In this document: positions 22,101 to 30,948 of the stretch, one piece after another
Numbering within the stretch: the stretch's first letter is position 1
How the letters are laid out: every line of letters begins with the position of its first letter
Source: Porphyridium purpureum
Taxonomy: Eukaryota
Assembly (NCBI GenBank): GCA_008690995.1
Contig: VRMN01000006.1
Location: forward strand, 248,001 to 312,000
Length of the DNA: 64,000 nt
Reading direction: 5' to 3'
Notes under the pieces: generated by a model
The model's database searches: none
Seen by the model: only the letters and a program-made list of their open reading frames with translations
What the model was told of the DNA's origin: nothing
Position numbers and translations under genes: made by a program

Positions 22101-22552
22101 CCGTGAGTATTACCAACTACGCCATTTCGATTGGAATGGCTGTGGAATTTACAGCACACTACACGCATGCGTTTCGCACGCAGCCGGATGGGAATAGGAC
22201 GGATCGTGCTGTGCGCGCACTTGGGATCATGCTTGCACCCGCAACCAACGGCATGGCGAGCACCATTCTAGCACTGTTCCCGCTGCTTGGCTCGGAGTTT
22301 GAGTTCATTCGACGCTATTATTTCGGAATGCTGTTCACCATGGTTATGCTGGCGTACTTGAACGGAATGATTCTGCTCCCCGTGGTCATGTCGCTGGTAG
22401 GACCTCCTTGCGTCAAGTCACTCGAGCCGAAAGAGCACTCAGGCGACGACGCAAGCGACGGGGCAAGTGATTGCCCGGAGCGCGCAGTCCATGGTGGAGT
22501 CGACGACATTGCGGAAACAGATGAATCTTTGTCTACTGTCTGCCCTAACTAA
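19124..22552 (+). CDS. Patched/NPC1-family sterol-sensing-domain membrane protein (Patched-like)
   Basis: 12-TM RND architecture; LWVLEG, SPLDCYREGS, PFLSLGVGLDDIF (GxxxDD), GPSVMLT, IPALYSF, FWEQY and IGMAVEFTAH. First ATG at 19124. Confidence 0.9.
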   Translation: MALQRVYALQARLQAKLENACGAYGAFWVTGGWWRCVPVLVAAALAASLIAGMSQLTVQQDVNKLWVLEGTQLENDRAFYESRFGGLDRTTSLVISNTEREANSLTPEQLRALHGVSSQLLSPSSVAPGPQVKVLMDVQPSGVNTTPALAFQNDFSVQLQVPSLLRPGVSFPITDLNFLSYAYQQITQCLADNNALRDVSDPAQPLEPLAEKWGISEFPTVRNSPLDCYREGSFDYPADLKELDRVARSVYYAKNNLYADVGINTSETYETCKQPLLVYFTTLFTFQGYPPAQAAELGAQFVYGATDLQTDQFATWGYSWRPRFDDMTEEDLLLHLQEAMQNAANESVTPLDCSIGGASCCLSWNAFAVDFETFIGDLRYNNQGALEYVGFLRSGFIGANSNEEAFAMRVATLFGATTEAERQALVLDWESNVISYFLPMHERAQSTDFAPGRIYADSLLNFYTTKSSDDVAEEGNRVPVGLIVASYAVMTVYTSLSFLNYSRPVGWRNVVYSRLVVAWCGLVSVALATLCGFGVLSWANVAISPVGINLAPFLSLGVGLDDIFVVAGGLIESGNLQNTPEERMRAVMRAAGPSVMLTTFANMSAFFIASSVRIPALYSFCYQIGTTLGFNLIFLFLFFVPCCAADCLRVQARMQDLFLWSCVKLDPETIPDELEAKKTSPFSLGRFASDVLGPKILLRSVWSKLAVLGVTLAFLVPIIVLGALRSQSGLPLSEVALEGSYQAAYVTIQEQYFTGYVSWLVTENVTFQDPQVQTAMLQQQLAIEMSKHASDQPSLRQTSWFSNSTASFLGSVNLPMGMNVDTPADSNSYYESFFQWTQTAGTGFENDIWCYNSSAEMSSDDGNGLNSVPCVQYSFATLETKLGGTRQQFIQSGLTETEYFVDAINSARDAASQTNVDGNRAFVYGYIYEFWEQYVDIYATLYQVVGFSLLGVSIVTALLMMSAWCAFLVVLLCLVITLELYGISTLVGIRVNAVSITNYAISIGMAVEFTAHYTHAFRTQPDGNRTDRAVRALGIMLAPATNGMASTILALFPLLGSEFEFIRRYYFGMLFTMVMLAYLNGMILLPVVMSLVGPPCVKSLEPKEHSGDDASDGASDCPERAVHGGVDDIAETDESLSTVCPN

Positions 22553-22615
22553 AGGTCCAACGTGTTTCCTTCTTCTTTTTTTTTTTCTTTTTTTCTTTTT
22601 TTCCCGATCCTTTTC

Positions 22616-24253
22616 CTAGTGACCGGCACCGACACCAGCGGCACTCTTCACCGCCTCATCAATGACCTCACTCAGAGTCGGGTGCGTGTGCACGCAAAAT
22701 GCGAGTTCCTTCACTGTAGTGCCGCGCGCAATGGCATTTGCGCATTCCTGCACGAGGTCTGCAGCGTGCAGTCCAATAATGTGCACTCCCAGGATCTTAC
22801 CCGAGCTCTTGTTGTACAAAACTTTCGCGATGCCATCACCCTCGCCCTCTGCAAGCGCCTTGCTGTTGGCGCGGAAGTGGCCTGTGCTTTTACCAAGCTC
22901 AAAGCCTTGCTTTTCGGCTCGCGCTTTGGCGTCAGCCTCATTCAGCCCAACAAACGCGACCTCTGGGTGCGTGAAGCACGCTGCTGGCACGGTCTCGTGA
23001 TCAAGCGCGTGTTCTGTGCCTGTAATATTCTCCACCGCTGAGATACCCTGCGCCGACGCGGCGTGCGCAAGCATCATCTTGCCGTTCGCGTCGCCGATGC
23101 AGTACATGTTCTCCACGACGTTGCCCTTCGCATCGAGTACGCGCATTCTCTCGTCGACTGGCACAAAACCGCGGTTCAACTCCACACCCAGTTTTTCCAG
23201 ACCAAGGTCCTGCGTGAAAGGGTAGCGACCGGTGGCCACCATGCATGCGTCTACCTCGAGCGTATCAACCACTTGCTTGGTCGATGCGTCCGTCAGCTCA
23301 ATCATCACTGGTCGGACACCGGGCACACCCGGCGTGACCTTGGTGGCAAACACATTGGTGTGGTAGTCGATGGCACGCGGGTTGATCAGCAGACGCTGCG
23401 CGAGGCGCTGGATTTCCGGATCGAAACCAGGCATCAGGCTCGGCATCGCTTCGATAAATGTCACGTTAGAACCGAGCGCCGTGTACACGTCTGAGAATTC
23501 GAGCCCGATGTACCCGCTGCCGATGATGGCAACCCAATCCGGAACCCATTCGAGCTTGAGCGCACCATCCGAGGTAAACACGGTTTTTCCGTCAATCTCG
23601 ATGCCACGCGGCACAAATGGTTCGGAGCCCGGCGCGAGAATGATATCAGTAGCGGTGTACGTCTTTCCGTCGCTACCCTTGAGTGTGTGGGGCGCCTCCA
23701 CGGACGCCCGCGCGTGAATCACCTCAATGCCTAATGCTTTGAGCGAATTCGTCATGTTGCCCTTGACGCGTTCCGCGAGGCCATTTGCGTGGTTGGCGAC
23801 GCCCGCGCGGTCGTACCCGACCTCGCCCAGGGTGATGCCCAAGCTCTTGAGATGGTGCTCGTTCTTCATCTCCCGCACGCGACCGGCGGCGGCGAGAAGC
23901 GCCTTCGACGGGACGCAGCCTCGATTGACGCACGTGCCGCCGACGTCGCGAGCCTCAAAGATCGCGACCTTGAGCCCCTTGGCGCGCGCATGCAACGCAG
24001 CGCCATGGCCGCCGACACCCGCTCCCACGATGGCGAGATCATAGTCATACGCCATGACCGTCGTCCTGGCCAGCGCCGCGCGCTTTGGCCTCAGCAGCTG
24101 CTTCTGGTGCCCATGCAGCGCCTCCATGCGCGACGCCTGGCGCAGCGAGCTGCGCCCTACAAACGCAGACCCACCCACACCGCGATCCACGGCATGACCG
24201 CCCGATCCGCGCGATCGCGCGCATTCCACGCCGTGCGCCACCTGGAAGGCCAT
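22616..24253 (-). CDS. lpdA: Plastid dihydrolipoamide dehydrogenase (E3)
   Basis: [19 protein letters not shown] redox disulfide, [14 protein letters not shown]; cyanobacterial/plastid type; transit peptide MAFQV..SAFVG. Confidence 0.95.
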   Translation of the reverse strand: MAFQVAHGVECARSRGSGGHAVDRGVGGSAFVGRSSLRQASRMEALHGHQKQLLRPKRAALARTTVMAYDYDLAIVGAGVGGHGAALHARAKGLKVAIFEARDVGGTCVNRGCVPSKALLAAAGRVREMKNEHHLKSLGITLGEVGYDRAGVANHANGLAERVKGNMTNSLKALGIEVIHARASVEAPHTLKGSDGKTYTATDIILAPGSEPFVPRGIEIDGKTVFTSDGALKLEWVPDWVAIIGSGYIGLEFSDVYTALGSNVTFIEAMPSLMPGFDPEIQRLAQRLLINPRAIDYHTNVFATKVTPGVPGVRPVMIELTDASTKQVVDTLEVDACMVATGRYPFTQDLGLEKLGVELNRGFVPVDERMRVLDAKGNVVENMYCIGDANGKMMLAHAASAQGISAVENITGTEHALDHETVPAACFTHPEVAFVGLNEADAKARAEKQGFELGKSTGHFRANSKALAEGEGDGIAKVLYNKSSGKILGVHIIGLHAADLVQECANAIARGTTVKELAFCVHTHPTLSEVIDEAVKSAAGVGAGH

Positions 24254-24731
24254 CCTCAACGCGCACGAAGGAGAATATACACCCTCCCGCCTCGCTCTCT
24301 GTCGCGCGTCTTCCTTTCTCTCTCTCCCTCTCTCTGAACCAGCCACAAACTCGTTCGCGTGAGATCGACCGGCTGCCGAGATCGCTGTACGCCGTGTACC
24401 CACTGTACATAACCTCCGCACTGTACTTTTTCATGGTGGCTGCGTGGGTGCTGCCGTAATATAAAAGAACATGTTTTGCGCATGAAACGAGAGTGCGCGG
24501 ACACTCAACTTCCGGTTGCGAAAGGTCTTAGCGGGATCCACGCGCGTGCGCTTTGCCAACGCTTCATGAGCGTATGTCTTCCGTTTATTTACACGCAGAG
24601 AGAAGAAACACGGCGAGAAGAATACGCGGACTGCCGCGTCAGTACAGAAACAAGCCTGCCGGGCCTGACACGCTGTGCGCCGCGAATCGGCGCGTGACGG
24701 ATGGTCTGCCCGCCGGCAGCGAGCGCTACAC

Positions 24732-25628
24732 TTAATAGGGATGCCCGAATGCCGCGTCCAGAACATCAAACGTGCCGCAGTACGGCTCGACCAGTGCAGG
24801 AACTACTTCGTCCAGCTGAATCCCATGCTCCTCGTGGCTCGCATCCGTCATGGTGGAGCAACGTTTGTCGCGGCTTGGAACGATTTCAAACAGTGATGGG
24901 AGATCGCTTCTCAGCACGCGGGAACTGACCTCTGTTCCCAAGATGTCTTCCAATTCAGCGCGACGCGAGACGCGGGAATCAGCCCGAAGTACACCCAGCA
25001 CCGCCTCACAAATTTCCTCTTTCCTGAGCGTTCCGCTTGCTCCGTCTGCTTCCGACGTCGAAATGCGACGGCCGGTTTCCTGAGTTTGAGCGAGTGTTGG
25101 ATGGTTGCTCTGCCTCGCGCATCTTCTGCTTTTATCCCTCGGCACGTCGCCCGGCGATCTCTCATTTTCTGTTCCGGGACTGGACTGGGTTTGACGCGCT
25201 CCTTGCGCCAGCTCCCTTCGCCGCGCCTGTGTTAGGCTGAGCCCCAGGACCACTTTGCGCAGCGAGCTGTTCCAGTGATTCTTGACAGCATTGTCCGACC
25301 TTCCCGGCAATTCCTTGGCGAGGCGTGACCACTTGAATCCATGCTCTTTCACAAAAGCCAAAATGAATTTATCCTCAGCCTCTGTCCACGGTAGGACCTT
25401 CAGCCCAGGGCGCAGCTGGTTCACCCATCGCTCGCGGCACTGTTTCCCGGAGCGGTGTGGGAGCACCTCGCGCGCGATTGCAGACCATGACTGTGCACCG
25501 TGGCGTCTAACACAAGCAAGCAGTGCCGCGTCCTCGCTTGGTTGCCACACACCCTTCCGCCGCGCTTCGTCGTCGTTGCGTGCTGAGCCGTCTCCAACCG
25601 TGGTACTCTCATCAGAAGCCGAAGTCAT
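24732..25628 (-). CDS. R2R3-MYB transcription factor
   Basis: KGVWQPSED..WSAIA..RSGKQCRERWVNQLRP and WTEAED..WSRLAKELPGRSDNAVKNHWN. First ATG at 25628. Confidence 0.93.
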   Translation of the reverse strand: MTSASDESTTVGDGSARNDDEARRKGVWQPSEDAALLACVRRHGAQSWSAIAREVLPHRSGKQCRERWVNQLRPGLKVLPWTEAEDKFILAFVKEHGFKWSRLAKELPGRSDNAVKNHWNSSLRKVVLGLSLTQARRRELAQGARQTQSSPGTENERSPGDVPRDKSRRCARQSNHPTLAQTQETGRRISTSEADGASGTLRKEEICEAVLGVLRADSRVSRRAELEDILGTEVSSRVLRSDLPSLFEIVPSRDKRCSTMTDASHEEHGIQLDEVVPALVEPYCGTFDVLDAAFGHPY

Positions 25629-27483
25629 TCTCAATATGGTGACGCCCGACGGCACAGCTGGAGGTGCTCGACAGCCGCGCGCTCCTCACGGGTCGGACAA
25701 AGCTCCGTGCGCGTTGCATTTATCTTCCGTGAACAGCCTTGCCGTCACGCAGTGCTTGTGTCATACATAACACCATCCACGTGCAGCGGGTGGATCGACG
25801 CACGCACGTCTTCGGGTGCGCGAGCAGAGGAGAAAATCGACGCCATACTTTCCCAAACCCATTCATGAAATTGAAACGCGCGTCAGCGCAGAAAATTCAC
25901 GAAACATTGCGCAGAATCAAGCCGACACACACACACAGACACACAGATAGATGGCAGATAACACACATGCACGAACCTTTGCCTTTGCACCATCCACAAG
26001 CAGCTCCACGAATACCCGACTGGCAAACACAGCGCCTGCAACACACACACCTGCCCACCCCGCAGCCGCCCCGGACGCAACTCGCGGTGCGTCCCAGATC
26101 GAGCGCGCTTGCAGACGCGGCCGAATTTTTCGGTTATTTTTTTGGTTGGCGCTGGGTCAGCGAGCGAGCGTCTTGGTGAATGGCCGCGCTTGTTTTTGAG
26201 GGTGGCCAGCGCTCCGCGCTGCGCCTGCTGCCCTGTGGAGCGGAATGGTAGGCGACGTGGTGGCCGCCAGGCTGGTGCGTCCAGCGAGCGTGGCTTTGCA
26301 ACTGCGCGGCGGGCCTCCCGCGCGCGCGCAGTGCCCTTCATGGAGTCACTGGATTCGCACGCACGCACGCACCTACTGCAGTCGAAACGCACAGAGAGTT
26401 TACACCACAGCAGGGTTAGCGCGCCGCCTGGCGCTGTCGAAAATCTTCCGCTGGGGCGTCGGGTTTACCAAACAACGCTCAACTCGGCTTTCGACGCAAA
26501 CCGCATGTGCGCACGCGGATGCGAAACTGTTGCTTTTAGGCGGGTCTGACGTGTGTGCTCGATTCCTCCTGGGTCGACGTATCGTATCATTCCCACTCTC
26601 GCGATTATGCCTGTCGTAACCCTCGCTTACAGCTTGGCCGACACGATTCCTCGGCGCACTAATTCTGACGTCGTCGAAGATGGGTGTCGATCGTCGCTGC
26701 GAAATCTTTGCCGCTTGATCTCAAAACGCACGCACCCGCTCATGCTGCAACAGCTAACCGGCGGATTTGCACGCCAGGCATGGGGAACATGCACACGTTG
26801 CGCGCCTCAAATAAAGCAAGGATAGATACGTGCGAATTGGGGTTAGGGAGGGGGTCGACGTGCGACACCTGCACATGTCTCGCGTCAGGCACACGGCCGA
26901 GCCGTTGCGAACAAACAGGACGTGTGCCAAAGTCCACAGCCGTCTCGTTGAGAAACTTTTAGCTCGGGTCCCGTCTGCTTACCGTTACGCATGGCGTCCC
27001 GGCTTGCACAAGTGCATTCATGCCCGAACTCTCTCGTAACCTCCGGACAGCCGCATCTCCTTGAGCCAACGACTGTCGACGAGCTCACTGCCCAGCTACA
27101 GAGGCGCGCCGTGTTCAGCGACACAGCATTCGTGCGACTCGGACCTTCTTCCTTCTCGCCCAGCCGCCCCTCCGCGGGACGCCGGTTTGGACAGCGAGCA
27201 TTTCTGCTGCGATCCGAGGAGTCGCATGCAACGCGCTTTGGCACATTCTTTCGCGTGTAGGTAATTGCTCATATGTCGCGGTTGCCGTGCACGTGCGGCG
27301 ATTGCGCCTGATCATGCACCGGACGGGCTGAGTAAACGTTTAGCCGTTCTACAGGCATGCCAACCCGCTTCCACCCGTCGCCGCAGCACTCTTTTGAGCA
27401 CTCGACTCTCGAGCCGTCCTCGCCGCGCTGTCCAAGTCACCAGTTCCGCGTCAAATGTCCTAGGTGTGGGAGCAGTCCCGCGC

Positions 27484-28875
27484 ATGAATATGAGACGAAT
27501 GAATGGCAACAGCGGGCCCGCACTGCTACGACCGGCTCAGCCAACAGCTCGCGCACGGGCGACGCTCGCTTCATACGTGGCGGTGGGCTTTGTCATCGCG
27601 TTGGGCGTCACTGGGTGGTGGCGCAGTGGCGGTAGCATGGGGCTGTTCGGCTTCGGATCCAAGCAGCGTCAGCAAGTGGCCACGGCAGCTTGCACAAGCC
27701 CCCCGCGCGTAGCGCTCGCGGATTCGGTGTGGAGCACAACGCGTCGCCTTACCCCGGCTGTAATCGAGACGCAGAAAGGCGAAAATGTAGTCTTCTCGGG
27801 CTTCAGTGCGATGAGCGCGTTTTTACCCGTGCTATTGGGCGCCGAGTCCGACACGCTGGAGCAGCTTCAGGACGGCTTTTGCGTGCGCTCCAAGACCACA
27901 GCGACTGAAGGATATCCGCAGCTTCTCGCGGCCATCGAGGAGAGCCAACAACAGAATGACAGCCTCACTCTGCGAACGGCCAACAAAATGTTTGCAGCGG
28001 GGACCATTCCTCTGTTGCCGCTGTTCAAAGTGCTTACGCAGAATGCGCTAGCGGTCGTCCCAGACACGCTCGATGTACAGCAGCCGGCGGCGGAAGCGGC
28101 AAGGATCAACGGCTGGGTCGAGTCGGCGACCGCCGGCACCATCAAGCAGCTTGTTACAAGCGATATGATTACACCGCTGACGATGCTTGTTCTAGTCAAC
28201 GCAGTTTACTTCAAAGGCACGTGGCGGCACCAATTTGATGAAGGGAATACCAAGTCCAGACCGTTTTATTCGGGTCCAAGCGCAGCACCGCGTGAGGTAC
28301 CCATGATGCACCTGCAGAAAAGGCTCGCTCTGCGACATGCTTCTGAGATCCACGCCCGGACGTGCGAGCTAGAGTATGTTGGCGGGCGGCTCAGTATGCT
28401 GATCGTGTTGCCTGAGAAGCGCTTCGGGCTAGCAGAGGTGATTGAAGCGCTCGAGGCCTTTGACTTGCCGAATTGGCTCGAGTCCGGAGCGGGTGCCTCA
28501 GAGAGGGCCGTGAATGTCGACCTGCAGCTTCCGCGTTGGAAGACAGAGTCAACGTTCGATTTGAAGCCGTTGGCGCGCTCCGCGCTGAACGTGCGCGACG
28601 TGTTCGACCCTGTGCGGGCCGACCTCACAGCCATGACCGGGGCCCGGGACCTGTACGTCACGCACGCCGTCCAAAAGGCGTTTGTTCAGGTGAATGAGCA
28701 GGGCAGCGAGGCCAGCGCGGCCACGGCTGTGGTCGTTGGCTTGCGCTCCGCGCCGCGCCCCATACAACCACCAGAGCCATTCATCGTGGACGAGCCGTTC
28801 TTGTTTTTCATACTGGACCGCCCGAGCAAGCTTGTTCTCTTCTCGGGCCACGTGTCGAATCCAGCGGAGCTGTAA
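27484..28875 (+). CDS. Serpin (inhibitory type, P2-P1' Leu-Arg-Ser) with N-terminal hydrophobic anchor
   Basis: INGWVESATAGTI, LVNAVYFKGTW, hinge EQGSEASAAT, FIVDEPFLFFI..LFSGHV. The start is uncertain (ATGs at 27484-27499). Confidence 0.93.
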   Translation: MNMRRMNGNSGPALLRPAQPTARARATLASYVAVGFVIALGVTGWWRSGGSMGLFGFGSKQRQQVATAACTSPPRVALADSVWSTTRRLTPAVIETQKGENVVFSGFSAMSAFLPVLLGAESDTLEQLQDGFCVRSKTTATEGYPQLLAAIEESQQQNDSLTLRTANKMFAAGTIPLLPLFKVLTQNALAVVPDTLDVQQPAAEAARINGWVESATAGTIKQLVTSDMITPLTMLVLVNAVYFKGTWRHQFDEGNTKSRPFYSGPSAAPREVPMMHLQKRLALRHASEIHARTCELEYVGGRLSMLIVLPEKRFGLAEVIEALEAFDLPNWLESGAGASERAVNVDLQLPRWKTESTFDLKPLARSALNVRDVFDPVRADLTAMTGARDLYVTHAVQKAFVQVNEQGSEASAATAVVVGLRSAPRPIQPPEPFIVDEPFLFFILDRPSKLVLFSGHVSNPAEL

Positions 28876-29011
28876 GATGCAGACCGCAGCTATGTAAACC
28901 TCGTCACACGCCGTCCAGCGCGTCCAGCTCGTGAACGAATGCGTGCGTAACCAACCCACGTGAGTAAATCGTGTCGGCCTGAGCGGCAGCGCTCGCAACC
29001 CGCTTGTCGAA

Positions 29012-29087
29012 GTGTACATCCGGTACAGTGCACTGTACTTTTCGTGACCCTTTGACGGTAACCCTAGCGGGTTTGGAGAAACCCTAG
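29012..29087. promoter_or_regulatory. GTAC-motif cluster with 16-bp palindrome and telo-boxes upstream of RAD23
   Basis: Perfect palindrome GTACAGTGCACTGTAC (29023-29038); AACCCTAG at 29060 and AAACCCTAG at 29079. Confidence 0.55.
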
Positions 29088-29287
29088 CGCGCTTCGAAAC
29101 TCGCTGGCAGGCCGATCGTGTGTGCGCGTGTGTGCAGGACACGAGACCGTGGGGGAGAAAGGTGGTTCGCAGGGAGAGGGGGATCTGTGGCGTGTGGAGA
29201 GAGAGCGCTGGTCGCGCGCGGGGTACGTGCTGCGCGGGCTTGCGGGTGGGGTGGCACGGACGCAGAGGGAGAGAGAGCCGGTGCGAC

Positions 29288-30639
29288 ATGAAGGTCTCGT
29301 TCAAGACGCTGCAGGGCAAGCAGTTCAAGCTCGATCTGGACGGCAGCGAGTCCGTGCTGGACGCCAAGCGGAAGGTGGGCAACGAGCTGCAGTACGAAAA
29401 TCCAACAGAATGCCGCCTCATTTTCCTGGGCAAGGTGCTCTCAGACTCGGCGTCCGTGCAGGACAGTGGCATCACGGAGGCAGGCGTGGTGGTCGTCATG
29501 CCCCCGAAAAAGGTGATCGCCAAGCCCAAGAGCACCGCGCCAGCTGCCGGCGGATCGACGTCCGTATCCACGGCGACAGCAGCAGGCCTCAGTCCAGATG
29601 CGAGTGCCCCGCATGCTGATGCAAAGCCGAAACCGGAGCCGGCGGAGCCGACGGGGCCAGCATCGTCGCTGGGGACCACCGTGGAGCGATCAATTATGAC
29701 TCCCGCCGCAAATCCGCCCTCGGTGAGTACATCCGCGACAGCGTCGCGGCCGCGGCCGCCGCCGCGGCAGCTACCGCAGCGGCACCAACACCTGTGAGCA
29801 CTGCAGACATTTTCATGGGCGAGCAGTTTGAGTCGTCCGTGCAAAATATTATGATGATGGGCTTTAGTGATGAGCAGCTCGTACGCCGTGCGCTTCGAGC
29901 AGCATACAATAACCCAGATCGTGCCGTGGAGTATCTGTGTAGTGGAAGCGTCCCGGAAGTGGCAGAGCCGGAACCGGTGCCGGCTTCTCCCGCAGGTGCG
30001 CTGCCCATGGCCAGTACGACAGCAGCGCCGCCTTCACATGCACCGGCAACGGACAACTCGCAGCCATTCAACATGTTTGCACCGGAACCTCGACCCGAAT
30101 CTGCTGCGGGCGGGGGCACTGGGGGCGCGGGCGGGGGCTCGATGAGCCTCGATTTTTTGCGCAGCGTTCCTCAATTCACATTGATGCGGCGAATGATCCA
30201 GTCGAACCCTGCTTTGCTGAGTCCGCTGCTGCAGCAGCTGGGCCAAGCTAATCCTGCGCTTCTTCAGATGATCAGCGAGAATCAGACTGAATTTGTTCGT
30301 CTGATCAACGAGCCCTTAACGGCTGCAGAAGAGGCAGCCCTGGAACAGTTTCAAGACATGCAAGGGGGTGATCTCGGCGCAGACTTTGGTGAGGGCGGGC
30401 TCCCTGCTGCACCGCCAGGAACAAGTGTCATCCAGGTGACTGAAGAGGAGCGCGCTCAGATTGAACGATTAGAAGAAATGGTCATTCCCATGGGGATTGA
30501 TCGCGCGCAAGTGATTGAAGCGTGGCTCGCATGCGACCGAAACGAAGAAATGGCCGCAAATTATTTGCTTGAGAATATGGACGACTTGCGTGGCATGAAT
30601 GATAATGACGGGGATAGTGGTGCGCCGCCTGACATGTAA
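29288..30639 (+). CDS. RAD23: UV excision repair/ubiquitin receptor RAD23 (UBL-UBA-XPC binding-UBA); frame break near 29745
   Basis: UBL MKVSFKTLQGKQF in one frame; UBA1 (ALRAAYNNPDRAVEYL), STI1/XPC-binding region and UBA2 (ACDRNEEMAANYL) in another. The frames overlap in a GC-rich Ala linker. Confidence 0.93.
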
Positions 30640-30948
30640 AGCTTGGGAGGTAGCAGTGCCCTTATTTTGACGCACGTGTGCACGTGCGTGCTCTCTGCCA
30701 TCTGCTGTGATATTCAGGTAGATCGCTGGTATTGTAACATTAAGACTTTCCCGTTTCCTTGCGTGAAGACGAGCGAAAGCCAAGAGTCGCTGCATCAGCT
30801 CATTCGACTACACGACTCGACTTGTCCGCGGCGAGCTCGCGACGAGTGACAGGAGCAGTGGAGACCAGCAAGGAGGTCAAGAGAGGATACTGGGTCGACG
30901 CCTTCTGTGTCATCGAGATGGTCCACATTGCCTACACGCCGAGCTAGG

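Noticed and set aside
25739..26960. Several 80-170 aa ORFs upstream of the MYB gene
   Set aside because: Overlapping, Arg/Ala/Pro-rich, CA-repeat-containing and without motifs; more likely a long regulatory/UTR region.
26991..27260. Possible glyoxalase/VOC-like fragment (VDELTAQL..FGQR..DP)
   Set aside because: Similarity is too short and needs a frameshift; not supportable by eye.
29723..29741. 19-nt GTGAGT..CAG micro-intron in RAD23
   Set aside because: Removing it does not restore the UBA reading frame.
28549..29844. 431-aa minus-strand ORF
   Set aside because: Antisense to the serpin 3' end and RAD23 5' end; low-complexity translation with no domain.
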